The notes: generated by a model not told the origin, from the sequence alone. Shown: positions 29,217-39,103, counted from the first letter of the stretch. The stretch: DNA of 64,000 nt from an uncultured Thermoplasmata archaeon (GCA_963719635.1 CAVRCS010000003.1:7910-71909), one strand, 5' to 3'. Numbers and translations: made by a program.

Positions 29217-29469
29217 CCGCGCGGTGCGGTTCCCCGCAGGGCCCCTCGCCCGCGCGTCGGAGTCGCTGGAGTCTCTGCGACCTGTCGACGCATTCCGACC
29301 CGGGTCCCCGCAGCGTCCGGCGCACGGCGCGGCCGCCCCGCGAGCGGCCGTTCACCGACGAAGGCTACATAGCCTCTCCTCGGCGCGACGCCGGGCCGGT
29401 GGGCGGAGCGCTCTCTCGGGTCCGCGGGAAGCGCGGCTCCGCAGACCGGGGGCTTCGGGGTGTTGTCGC

Positions 29470-32322
29470 CTACTCCGTCCGCCCGAGCGCCGCGGCCGAC
29501 GGGGTCACCGTCAGGTCGGTCCGGGCGTCGTGAGGACTGTCGATACACATCAGATGCATCGAGTTGCAGGTGCACGAATAGTCCACGTACTCGATATCGA
29601 CGGAGAGCGGCTCCCCGTTAACGGTGAAGTGGCCCTGACCGTTCGACGGGGTGACGACACAGTACCGGCCGTCCTCGTCCACGAGCGCGCTCGACGCCGA
29701 GTACCCGAACGTACCATTCGGCTCCTCGAAGACGATCGTCCCGCCGGTGCCGTCCTCTGTCACGCCCCCGACCCTGACGCTCCAGCTCCCGCCCGTCGGC
29801 GCTCCGGAGAACGTCACGGCGTAGCCGTGGCCGAACTCCAGGCTCTGGTTCTCAGGAGAGTACCCGACCTGTACGACCCCGGCCGCAGGGTAGACCGTGA
29901 AGCCCGTCGGGGGCGGTACTACGAAGCTCACGTTGGAGAACGGAGCCACCTCCACCGTCAGCGTACTGCCGGTGCTTTCGAAGCCCGTCCCGTTGACATC
30001 GACCGTCCACTGCGTTCCCGCAGGGAGATTCAGCTCGTCGAACGTCACGCTGGTCACCGTCTCGAAGGAGACCGTGACGGTGATGTCGGAGGAGAGCACG
30101 GTAAAGTTGCCGTTGCCGCCGTCCGCGGGGTAGCCCGCGTGTTCGACGCCGTTCGTCACGACCGTTTCGGCCGAGACATGGTAGAGGAAGGTGCCGCTCG
30201 GCTCCTCGAAGTAGATCGAGCCGCCGACGTTCGTCTCCTTCAGGCCGCCGACGGTCACCGACCAGGTCCACCCGGCGTACGCGCCCGTGAACGTGACGAG
30301 ATGCGGCGGGCCCATGACGATCGAGGTTGCGACCGGACCGGTCCCTACCGCGACCGTCCCCTGTGAGGGGTACACTGCGTAGCCGCCCGGAGCCGAGACC
30401 GCGTAGCCGTACTGGCGCCCGAGGCCCGTCTCGGCGAAGCTGATCGTCGAGCCTTCCGAGGAGCGATTCGTGCCGTTCAGGGTCACGTACCAGGAGTCAC
30501 CGCTGGGCAGCCCGCTCGTCGTGAAGGAGACGGTGTAGTGGGTCAGCGCAAAGGAGACCGGCACTACCGTCGGAGCTCCGATGACGGTGGCGGAGTTGTT
30601 CCCCGGCGTCGGGGTGCGGCCCGTAGACGAGACGGTGTAGTTGTAGGTCCCGTTGGGGACCGGCACCGCAAGCTGAGCGGCCCAGCTTGTGTAGTTCGTT
30701 CCCCCGATCCGAACGGACCATCCGGTACCCGTCGGGAGCCCCGTCTCCTCGAACACGAGCGACGTAAGGAGGATCGTCCGACCTGTCTCGCCGCTGACGG
30801 CAACGCTCCCTGCGGCCGGTGCGGCCAGGTAGCCGCTGGGCGGCAGGACCGTGAAGCCGTACGTCCCGTTAGGGACAGAGAACCCGATCGTCGACACCTC
30901 GGAGTACTCGGGCGTCCCGTTCACACTGACGCCCCAGCTCGCGCCGGAAGGGAGATCGTGGACGGTGAACGTCAGGCTCTCCTCTACGAGATGGAACGTG
31001 ACGTTCTGTGACACCGCCTCGCCTGCGACCGGTACGCTCCCGGGGGGTGCGGCGTATCTGAGGTTCGAGGTCGTGATCGTGTACGGGAACGTCCCGTTCG
31101 GCTTCTCCAGCACCATCGAGGAGGCACTGGTCGCCGCCGAGCCCCCGTAGGCGAAGTGGATTGTCCACGGGGTCCCGGTCGGAAGGTCCACTGCGGTCAG
31201 GGTAACGGCGTAGCCCCGGGTCGAGAACACGACGGGGACCGGGAGGTCCGCGTTGTCTACAGTAAACTCACCGGAGCCTCTCGAGCAGGAGGCGCTGGAG
31301 GAGGCGTACGAGTAGGTGTGCTGGCCATCGGCAAGATGGGTGAGGTAACTCGACCCGCTGATTGCGCCGCTACTGTTCTGCCCGTCCACGGTCACAAACC
31401 ACGGGTAGCACGCGACGGCCCCCGGATGATCGAACGTCACGTTCCAGAGAATCGGGCTGAACGAAATGTCGCGCGTGACCGCCTTCGCATCGACGGTCAC
31501 CGTGCCGCTGCTGGGGGACGCGGCGTACCCCAAGGGCGGGGTCACGACGAACGGATACACTCCGTCCAAAACGCTCGAGAAGGTGACCGTGCTTCCCGTC
31601 GTGGACTCCTTCGTGGTGTTCAGCGTCACGGACCACAGTGCCCCGGACGGCTGGTCCGCCCCTACGAACTTCACGCTATAGACCGTAGAGCTGAACGCGA
31701 TCGTCTCTGTGAGGCTCTTGTTGTCCACCGTGATGTTTCCGGCGGGTGGGTTGGCGCCGTAGTTGGTCGGAGGGTCAACAGTGAACGCGTAAGTCCCGTT
31801 GGGTTCCTGGAACACCTCCGTGCTCGTGCCGCCCACGCGAGGTGGGGTTCCGGACGGCATCGTCACGGTCCACTGCTTCGCCGCCCCCAACCCCGTAGCC
31901 TTGAACGTGAGCGTGAAGAGCGTGGTGCTGTACGTCACTTGGACCGACTTTGCGGCGGTCGTAATCGTGACGCTTCCGGACGAAGGGTTGGGAGTAAGGC
32001 CGGCGACCCCGTGCACCGTGTAGGAGTACGTTCCGGCTTCCTCTTCGAACGTGATCGTGCTCGTATCCTCCTTGAGCGAAACGCCAGCGAGGGTCACCTT
32101 CCAGGACTCCCCCGAGCCGAGGCCCGTCTCCTCGAAGTTCACGTTGTACTCGGTTCCGCCGCCTCCCCCGCAACAGATCTCCGAAGGCGAGGCGGACGAC
32201 GACGGTCCCCGAGCGGGAGCTGCCAGCTCTCCGGGGAGCTGCGCGGCGACCACCGCGAGCCCCACCGAGGCGATCATCATCGCGACGACCCCGATCATCA
32301 ACCAAACTCCAATGCTTCTCAT
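29470..32322 (-). CDS. Surface protein with 11 tandem GLP-modules, N-terminal anchor
   Basis: N-terminal TM (VWLMIGVVAMMIASVGLAVVAA), then 11 roughly 85-95-aa modules, e.g. YNVNFEETGLGSGESWKVTL, LVFEETGLPTGTGWSVRIGG, YTVSFTTSGLPSGDSWYVTLNG, each ending in PNGTY.Y(T/S)V. No C-terminal TM. Confidence 0.8.
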   Translation of the reverse strand: MRSIGVWLMIGVVAMMIASVGLAVVAAQLPGELAAPARGPSSSASPSEICCGGGGGTEYNVNFEETGLGSGESWKVTLAGVSLKEDTSTITFEEEAGTYSYTVHGVAGLTPNPSSGSVTITTAAKSVQVTYSTTLFTLTFKATGLGAAKQWTVTMPSGTPPRVGGTSTEVFQEPNGTYAFTVDPPTNYGANPPAGNITVDNKSLTETIAFSSTVYSVKFVGADQPSGALWSVTLNTTKESTTGSTVTFSSVLDGVYPFVVTPPLGYAASPSSGTVTVDAKAVTRDISFSPILWNVTFDHPGAVACYPWFVTVDGQNSSGAISGSSYLTHLADGQHTYSYASSSASCSRGSGEFTVDNADLPVPVVFSTRGYAVTLTAVDLPTGTPWTIHFAYGGSAATSASSMVLEKPNGTFPYTITTSNLRYAAPPGSVPVAGEAVSQNVTFHLVEESLTFTVHDLPSGASWGVSVNGTPEYSEVSTIGFSVPNGTYGFTVLPPSGYLAAPAAGSVAVSGETGRTILLTSLVFEETGLPTGTGWSVRIGGTNYTSWAAQLAVPVPNGTYNYTVSSTGRTPTPGNNSATVIGAPTVVPVSFALTHYTVSFTTSGLPSGDSWYVTLNGTNRSSEGSTISFAETGLGRQYGYAVSAPGGYAVYPSQGTVAVGTGPVATSIVMGPPHLVTFTGAYAGWTWSVTVGGLKETNVGGSIYFEEPSGTFLYHVSAETVVTNGVEHAGYPADGGNGNFTVLSSDITVTVSFETVTSVTFDELNLPAGTQWTVDVNGTGFESTGSTLTVEVAPFSNVSFVVPPPTGFTVYPAAGVVQVGYSPENQSLEFGHGYAVTFSGAPTGGSWSVRVGGVTEDGTGGTIVFEEPNGTFGYSASSALVDEDGRYCVVTPSNGQGHFTVNGEPLSVDIEYVDYSCTCNSMHLMCIDSPHDARTDLTVTPSAAALGRTE

Positions 32323-32461
32323 CGAAAACCTCGCGCCCGACGGGTGCCCCTAAGGGTCGCGGGCATGGGCCGTGACAGGCCCACTCACGCATAACGTTTC
32401 GTGGGTTGCGAGGCTGTGCGGCAGCGTAACTACGTATCCGCACCGCGGCCCGGGGCCTCAG

Positions 32462-32492
32462 GCCGACTCCCGGTAAGCTCGGGAGAGTCGGC
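32462..32492. other. Stem-loop (11-bp stem with a 2-nt bulge)
   Basis: gccgactcccg-gtaagct-cgggagagtcggc, lying between the stop of 32529-33020 and the start of 29470-32322 (both minus). Confidence 0.3.
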
Positions 32493-32528
32493 GACGGCAG
32501 GCCGGAAGATCTACCGGGGCGAGGCGCC

Positions 32529-33020
32529 CTACACTCGACCGACCCGGTGGATCGCCTGCAGCAGGAACGACTTGCCCTGGGTGGTGATGGTGAACCGGTT
32601 GCTCACCATGCGTCCCCGCGTCCATGCGTAGCGGCTGTCGGTGAGCTCGCGGGCGTAGCCGTTCCGTACGAGCACGTGGAGCGCCCGGTGGGTCTCCGGC
32701 TGCGAGATCATCGGGAGCGGGCCCCGCGACAGAAGGTGGCGGAGCTCGTCCAGTTCGAGCCCGGGGACGTTCGGCTCCTCCATCTCGTCGCGGTTCAGCT
32801 GCTTCAGGACCTCGACGAGCGCTCGGCGGAGCCCGAGCGCCGCCTCCTCGGGCGGAGCCAGCACGATGACGCGAGCCGTCGCTCCCTTTTTTGAACCTAT
32901 CCTTCGAGTCGATGCTGCTCGCGGTCTCGGGAGCGGCCGCACCCTCCGGATGCTTTCTCCGGCGTTCCGGGAGGTGGCTCTTTTACGATTATCTACGTCG
33001 GTGCGTGACGGTTCGTTCAC
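32529..33020 (-). CDS. Hypothetical protein, possible wHTH DNA-binding domain
   Basis: C-terminal ETHRALHVLVRNGYARELTDSRYAWTRGRMVSNRFTITTQGKSFL resembles a winged helix. GC3 is high only from about codon 48 (GTG at VLAPPEE), so the true start may be internal. Confidence 0.4.
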   Translation of the reverse strand: MNEPSRTDVDNRKRATSRNAGESIRRVRPLPRPRAASTRRIGSKKGATARVIVLAPPEEAALGLRRALVEVLKQLNRDEMEEPNVPGLELDELRHLLSRGPLPMISQPETHRALHVLVRNGYARELTDSRYAWTRGRMVSNRFTITTQGKSFLLQAIHRVGRV

Positions 33021-33032
33021 TTTGAACGGAGA

Positions 33033-33039
33033 CTATATC
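33033..33039 (+). promoter_or_regulatory. TATA-like box (ctatatc) for the small RHH gene
   Basis: 26-32 nt upstream of ATG 33065. Confidence 0.4.
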
Positions 33040-33064
33040 TGCGCGCGTTGTCCTCAATTCTACG

Positions 33065-33241
33065 ATGGCACGTCCACGAAAGGAAAAGGCCAAGCGACGG
33101 GTAGGACTCGCGGTGTACGTTGAACCCGCGATTCTCCGCGCCCTCCGTCGCGCCGCCGACGGTGACCGCCGCTCTGCGTCGACCCAAGCCGCGCTATACA
33201 TCGAGTACGGCCTGGGACTGCGCAAGCCGCGGCCGCAGTAA
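33065..33241 (+). CDS. Small ribbon-helix-helix (CopG/Arc-like) protein, 58 aa (below ORF-track cutoff)
   Basis: MARPRKEKAKRRVGLAVYVEPAILRALRRAADGDRRSASTQAALYIEYGLGLRKPRPQ shows a beta-strand plus two helices. TATA box at the correct spacing. Divergent from 32529-33020. Confidence 0.45.
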   Translation: MARPRKEKAKRRVGLAVYVEPAILRALRRAADGDRRSASTQAALYIEYGLGLRKPRPQ

Positions 33242-33336
33242 TCCCCACTTCTGAGCGGGTAGCAATTCGCCACCCACGCGGGCCGGTAGGCCCGACGGGT
33301 GAAATGGGTTGGTCGTCCCGGTGGCGGAGCAGGGGC

Positions 33337-33705
33337 TCAGAACACTTCGGCCGGGTTACCGTCAGGGTCCAGAACACAGCTGACCCCACGAACGCCGTGG
33401 GGGTCGCCGGGGACGAGAGCGGGTCGGCCGCCGTGCTGGATCAGACGCCGCACTAGAATCGCGGGCGGCTGACATGGAATCCCACGTGGTCCAGCCCGTC
33501 TCCCGCAACGTACCGGGTCGCGCACGGAGACCCGCGCGGATACCAGTTGAGCTCGAGCCGCGGCCGAGGGTCCTGAAGGAGCACCCACACCCCGCCCTCC
33601 GGGCCGTGGCCGCGACGGACCTCCTCCAGTCCCGCGCGCTTCCCATAGTACCCGGAGCGCCGGTTCGAGGCCGGTGACCCGCAGGCCGCAGGAGCGCAGC
33701 CCCAT
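33337..33705 (-). pseudogene. VOC/glyoxalase-family protein with two compensating frameshifts
   Basis: Frame A: MGLRSCGLRVTGLEPALR. Frame B: YYGKRAGLEEVRRGHGPEGGVWVLLQDPRPRLELNWYP...GLDHVGFHVS. Frame A again: ...LIQHGGRPALVPGDPHGVRGVSCVLDPDGNPAEVF*. Shifts at about 33652 and about 33465. Confidence 0.65.
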
Positions 33706-33740
33706 CGCTCGCCGATGCCCCCACACCGGAGGATCGCCGC

Positions 33741-34580
33741 TCAGGCTGACCCCGGCGTCTCCTCGTCGGGGGCAGACCCGTCCTCGCCGGTGGGAGGGGG
33801 ATCGCCCTGGGACATCGAGGCGGTCTCCTCGGTCCGCGGCGGTCTCCGCCGGAGGAGGAGCGCCGCGATGCCGCCCGCAGCCACCACCACCGCGGCCACC
33901 GCGAGGACGTACCAAAGGAGATCCGAATTGCGGGGCCCGTACGCGGAGAGGGGGACGACCGTCGCCGGCGCGCCGTGGATGGTGACCGAGTTAGTGTCGT
34001 TGTAGCTGGACTTCGAGGCGACCTTCACCGTGTAGTGGTACGTCCCGTTCGGGCCGTAGACCACGAGCGTCGGAGCGGTCGTCGTCTCCGTGGTCTGCGT
34101 TCCGGGGACCCCTCCCGCCGAAAAGACCAGCGTTCCGCCCAGGGTCGCCGACCAGCTGCCGCCGGACGGGACCCCGGTCGGGCGATCGATCGTGAGCGCG
34201 TAGACCCGGTAGAACACCAGGCTGTTCGTCCCCACCGTACCGATGACGTGGAGCATCCCGGAACCAGGGTCGGGGAGCCAGTCGCTGCGCGAGGAGGCGA
34301 CTGCGAACGAATACGTGCCGTTCGGGAGGGTGAAGCCGATCGACGCCGACGTCGAGCTGGCGGACGGCTCGCCGGTGAGGTTGACGTACCAGCGCGTTCC
34401 CGACGGCAGCCCGGTCTCGGTAAAGCCGATAGCGTAGGTCGCCCCCGCGATGGGCCGCACGGCTGGGACGATCGGAGCGGGATGCGCCAGCGCGCCTCCG
34501 ATGAGCTGGCCGGCCACCGCACACGTCAGGAGGGCCAAGGCCCCAAGGATGGCCAGGAGACCCCGTCGCGAGCGGTCCAT
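33741..34580 (-). CDS. Surface protein with 2 GLP-modules, signal/anchor and C-terminal TM
   Basis: MDRSRRGLLAILGALALL..., YAIGFTETGLPSGTRWYVNLTG..PNGTYSF, a second module ...GPNGTYHYTV, then TM (WYVLAVAAVVVAAGGIAALLL) + RRR + acidic/Pro tail. Confidence 0.75.
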   Translation of the reverse strand: MDRSRRGLLAILGALALLTCAVAGQLIGGALAHPAPIVPAVRPIAGATYAIGFTETGLPSGTRWYVNLTGEPSASSTSASIGFTLPNGTYSFAVASSRSDWLPDPGSGMLHVIGTVGTNSLVFYRVYALTIDRPTGVPSGGSWSATLGGTLVFSAGGVPGTQTTETTTAPTLVVYGPNGTYHYTVKVASKSSYNDTNSVTIHGAPATVVPLSAYGPRNSDLLWYVLAVAAVVVAAGGIAALLLRRRPPRTEETASMSQGDPPPTGEDGSAPDEETPGSA

Positions 34581-34741
34581 CCCCACCTCAGCGGAACCGT
34601 CGACCACCGATGGCTTCGCAGGGCGCCAGACGTGTTCCGGCCGAAAACCCTTGCGTCGGCGCCCCGCGGCGGCCAGAGGCGGGGCGGGCGTTGGCCGTGC
34701 CAGAAGAGCGTATCGGGAGCCCGAGGTTGGGGACGCCGTTC

Positions 34742-37168
34742 ATGGCGGGGGGGAGCGCTCGGGACCTGCCCGGGGCGAAGCGTTCGGAGCGCCCGGAGTA
34801 CCGCCCCGGTGGACACGGGCGAACAAGGACGGCATCGGGACCGCCTACTCCGCCGACAGCCGTCTCTGGTTCACGCTCTGGCGTGGGATCGTCACCGAGG
34901 TGTACTTCCCGACGATCGACCGGCCGCAGCTGCGGGACCTCCAGTTCCTGGTCACCGACGGCCGTTCGTTCTTCCACGAGGAGAAGCGCCAGCTGCAACC
35001 GACCGTGCGTCGGCTCGGGCGGCACGCGCTTGCTTTCGGCGTGACGACCCGGGACCCTGAGGGCCGCTACGCGATCCACAAGGAGGTCCTCTCGTCGCCG
35101 CATCTGCCCGCCCTGCTCGAGCGGGTGCGGATCGATGTCGCCCCCGAGTGGCAGGGGAAGCTCCGGATGTTCGTCCTCGCCGCCCCCCACCTGGACGGCG
35201 GCGGCGCGGGGAACACCGCGACCCGGCGCTCGGTCGCCGGCCGGGACGTCCTGGCCGCCGAGAAGGCCGGGGTCGCGCTCGCCCTCGGCGCCTCGTCGCC
35301 GTTCCTCCGCAGCTCCTGCGGGTTCGTGGGACGGAGCGACGGCTGGACCGACCTCTCCGAGAACCTGGAGATGGCCTGGGAGTTCGACTCGGCGACCAAC
35401 GGCAACGTAGCGCTGATCGGCGAGCTCCCGGTCACCTCCGAGAAGGCGTTCACCCTCGCGCTGGCGTTCGGCCGGGGCCTTCCGCACGCGACGAGCGTGC
35501 TGTTCCAGGCGCTCGCCAGCCCGTACGTCGCGGCCCGCCGAAAGTTCATCGAGCAGTGGGAGCGCGCCTGCCTGCGACTCCGCCCCCTCGGCGGGTTCAG
35601 CAGCGACGGCGGGGCCCTCCTGAACACGAGCTTCAGCGTGCTGCTCGGCCACGAGGACAAGAGCTTCCCCGGGGCGTTCGTCGCCTCGCTGTCGATCCCG
35701 TGGGGCAGCGCCCGCGGCGACGACGATCGGGGCGGCTACCACCTCGTCTGGACGCGCGACCTCGTGCAGACCGCGACGGCCCTCCTCGCCGCCGGGAACC
35801 ACGAGGCGCCGCTCAGGGCCCTCGTCTACCTCGCGACCCGGCAGCGGGCGGACGGCAGCTTCCCCCAGAACTTCTGGGTCCCGGGCGACCCGTACCTGGA
35901 GCGGCCTGCAGCTGGACGAGGTCTGCCACCCGATCCTCCTCGCCTGGCGGCTCCACCGCGAACGCGCGTTGGAAGAGTTCGACCCGTACCCGATGGTCCT
36001 CGCCGCCGCCGCGTTCCTGGTCCGGGTGGGTCCGGCCAGCCCGCAGGACCGCTGGGAGGAGGTCGGGGGCTACTCGCCGGCGACGATCGCCGCGCAGATC
36101 GCCGCCCTGTTCGCCGCTTCCGAGTTCGCCCGCCTCCGTGGCGATGACGCCGCCGCCACGTTCCTCGAGGAGTACTCGGACTTCCTGGAGGGGCACGTCG
36201 ACGAGTGGACGACCGCGACCGCCGGCTCGTTGCTGGACGGCGCCCGCAGCTACTACGTCCGGATCCGACCGTCGGCCGCCGACGACCCGACCCCGCCCCG
36301 GAACGCGAACGACGGGGAGGTCGTCCTCCCGAACGAGCCGCCGGGCAGCCAAGCCGCCTTCCCGGCGCGGGAGATCGTCGACGGGGGGTTCCTCGAGCTG
36401 GTCCGGTACGGGATCCGCTCCCCGCACGACCCCGTCGTCGTCGACTCGGTGGGGGTCCTGGACCGCCTCCTGAAGGTCGACACGCCGTCCGGTCCCGTCT
36501 GGCGACGGTACAACCACGACGGCTACGGGGAGCGCGAGGACGGGGAGCCGTTCGAAGGGTGGGGGAAGGGCCGGGCGTGGCCGCTCCTGACGGGCGAGCG
36601 GGGCCACTACGAGCTCGCTGCCGGCCGCGACCCCCGTCCGTACGTCCAGGCGATGGAGAAGTTCTCCTCGGAGGCCGGGTTCCTGCCCGAGCAGGTTTGG
36701 GACGAGGCGGACCGGCCGAAGCAGCACCTGGCGCTCGGCCGGCCGACCGGCTCGGCGATGCCGCTCGCCTGGGCGCATGCGGAGTACCTCAGCCTCCTGC
36801 GGTCGGTCGCCGACGGGCGGCCGTACGCCCTGCTCCCCGAGCTCGCCCGACGGTACGCCGGACCCCGGCGCCACGAACGGAAGGTCGAGGTCTGGAAACC
36901 GAACCACCGGACCTCCGCGGTGCGGGCCGGCCGCCGGCTGCGGGTGATCGCCGACGAGCCGTTCCGGCTGCGCTGGAGCCGGGACGACTGGGCGACCGTC
37001 GAGGAGACCCCGTCCGGCCGGACCGAGGTCGGGGTCGACTTCGCGGATGTGGACGTCCCCGAGACCCAGCGTGGCGCGATCCGGTTCACGTTCTACTGGC
37101 CGGAGGCCGACCGGTGGGAGGGCCGGGACTTCGCGGTCGACGTTGAGCCCCCGCGCCGCCCGGCGTAG
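34742..37168 (+). pseudogene. GH15 glucoamylase (archaeal type), two frame disruptions
   Basis: APGVPPRWTRANKDGIGTAYS..LWFTLWRGIVTEVYFPTIDRPQLRDLQFLV, YHLVWTRDLV, FPQNFWV..., then QLDEVCHPILLAWRL..FDPYPMV..QDRWEEVGGYSPATIAAQIAAL in another frame. ATG 34742 joins the main frame only if the G7 run (34747-34753) gains one G. The second shift is at tac-C-tgg, about 35895. Confidence 0.8.
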
Positions 37169-37240
37169 CGCACCGTACGGCCCGGGTACCTCGCCCGAGG
37201 GGCTCGGCCGCCGCGGCCCGGAGCCCCGGTGGAGCGCCGT

Positions 37241-39103
37241 TCAGGTGGAGGGAGCGAACGTCACGTCGACCGTGACCGTCGCGCCGTCGACGCAGAGTGC
37301 GCCGCACTCAGGGGACGCCGTGTACCAGACTCCGTCGACGTCGACCGGACCGACGTAGAAGCCGTAGCTGCCGTTCACGACGTCGACCGTTAGGCTGGAG
37401 TTCGCGGCGGAGGAGAGCCCGCTCACCCCAAAGGTACCGTCCAGGGCGAACGACCAGTTCGCCCCGCCGGGAAGGCCAGACTCCACGAACGTGATCGCGT
37501 AGAGGGGCGGCGGCGCGAACGTGACCGAGACCGTGACGTTCGAACCGTTCACCACGACCGTGCCGAACGAGGGGGTCGCCACGGACCCGGAGGAGCCGTT
37601 GAACTCCCAGAGGGCGCCGACCGAGAAGTTGTACGTCCCGTTCGTCAGGTTGAACGAGAGGCTCGAGTTCGCGCTCACGTTGAACTCGCAACCCGAAGCC
37701 CACGAGCAGACCACGGCGCCCCAGAACGTGCCGTTCGGCAGTCCGGTCTCTACGAACGTGACGGTGTAGATGCTCTCGTGCGAGAACGCGATGTTGACGG
37801 TCACACCGGAGCCGCTGACCGACACGTTGCCGAACGCGGGAGAGGGGGTGTACAGGTTCGTACCGTCCGAGACGTTCTCGACGAAGAAGCTGTAGCTGCC
37901 GTTCGGCACGGTGAAACTGAGGGTCGTCCCGGTTGATCCGTTGTAGAGGAACGTCCCCCACGACGGACCGACGTTCGGCGGCACGCCCGCGGGAGCAAAT
38001 CCGAGCGGCCCGCCTCCGAAGAGACCCGCGTACCAGGCTGTTCCGTTCGGGAGCCCGCTCTCGACCAACGACACGGTGAACGTAGGCAGTGCGGAGAACG
38101 TCACGTTGACTGTCACGTTACCCTCCACCGTCAGGTTCCCCGCCTGGGGGGACGGTACATAGATCGGCCCGCTCCAGTTGAACGCGGACTGGACGTAGAA
38201 GCCGTACGTCCCGGCCGGCACCTCGAACGAAACGCTCGAGCCACCCGGGGCGTTCCCGCCTCCGGCCCAGGCCGAGAACAGGGAGACGAACCAGAACGTG
38301 CCGTTCGGAAGACCGGTCTCTACGAACGTCACGTTGTACAGCGCTTCCGCCATGAACGTGATGTTGACGACCAGGTTCGAGCCGTTGACCGACACACTCC
38401 CGGCGCTGGGGTCGGAGAGGTAGAGGGCGTCGTTCGTGCTCACGTTGGGGACGACGAACCCGTAGCTCCCGTTTGTGACGTTCACCGGGATCGACGAGCT
38501 GGAGCTCCCGATCCCCGAGAAGCAGTCGGGTCCGAAGCGGCTCCCGTTCGAGGGGAACGCGCCGTACAGCTCGACGGACCAGAAGGTGCCGTTGGGGAGG
38601 CCGCTTTCCGTGAACGTGAGCGTGTAGAAGTGGACCGCCGAGAAGGAGACCGACTCCGTGACACCGGAGCCGTTCACCCAGAAAGTCCCTGACGCCGGCG
38701 ACGGGGTGTACGCGGTCGAGCCACGGCTGGCGTTGTCCACCGTGAAGGCGTAGCTCCCGTTCGCGAGGGCGAAGCCGACGGTCTCCGAGGTCGAGCTGTT
38801 CACCTGGTGGTCGTGCCAGAACGGGGCGACGACGGCCGTCACCGGGTGTGGCGCGGAGGGGCCCCAGCTCAGGGCCCAGATCTGCACCGACCAGCTCGTG
38901 CCGGTGGGAAGGCCCGACTCTTGGAACGCAACGGCGTAGCGGGTGCTCGAGTTGTTCGAACCCCCGCCGGGGTAGCGGGCTCCTGCGTGGTCGTGCGGCG
39001 ACGGACCGTGGCCCCATAGGAATCCGGCGGCCGGGACCGCGGCGGCCCCCACGACCAGGATGCTCCCCAGCACCACTGCCCAGAACAGACGCGAGGCGGT
39101 CAT
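37241..39103 (-). CDS. Surface protein with 6 GLP-modules, N-terminal anchor
   Basis: MTASRLFWAVVLGSILVVGAAAV, then FQESGLPTGTSWSVQIW, FTESGLPNGTFWSVELYG, FVETGLPNGTFWFVSLFS, LVESGLPNGTAWYAGLFG, FVETGLPNGTFWGAVVCS, FVESGLPGGANWSFALDG. Many N-x-S/T sequons. Start at ATG 39103 (ORF opens at 39532). Confidence 0.8.
   Translation of the reverse strand: MTASRLFWAVVLGSILVVGAAAVPAAGFLWGHGPSPHDHAGARYPGGGSNNSSTRYAVAFQESGLPTGTSWSVQIWALSWGPSAPHPVTAVVAPFWHDHQVNSSTSETVGFALANGSYAFTVDNASRGSTAYTPSPASGTFWVNGSGVTESVSFSAVHFYTLTFTESGLPNGTFWSVELYGAFPSNGSRFGPDCFSGIGSSSSSIPVNVTNGSYGFVVPNVSTNDALYLSDPSAGSVSVNGSNLVVNITFMAEALYNVTFVETGLPNGTFWFVSLFSAWAGGGNAPGGSSVSFEVPAGTYGFYVQSAFNWSGPIYVPSPQAGNLTVEGNVTVNVTFSALPTFTVSLVESGLPNGTAWYAGLFGGGPLGFAPAGVPPNVGPSWGTFLYNGSTGTTLSFTVPNGSYSFFVENVSDGTNLYTPSPAFGNVSVSGSGVTVNIAFSHESIYTVTFVETGLPNGTFWGAVVCSWASGCEFNVSANSSLSFNLTNGTYNFSVGALWEFNGSSGSVATPSFGTVVVNGSNVTVSVTFAPPPLYAITFVESGLPGGANWSFALDGTFGVSGLSSAANSSLTVDVVNGSYGFYVGPVDVDGVWYTASPECGALCVDGATVTVDVTFAPST

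Noticed and set aside
29470-39103. Possible CRISPR array or tandem DNA repeats suggested by recurring ...ggcctgcc(n)ggcac(n)tgg... strings
   Set aside because: The recurrences are in-frame codons for the GLP-x-G-T-x-W protein module with diverged spacing and sequence. There are no constant-length direct repeats separated by unique spacers.
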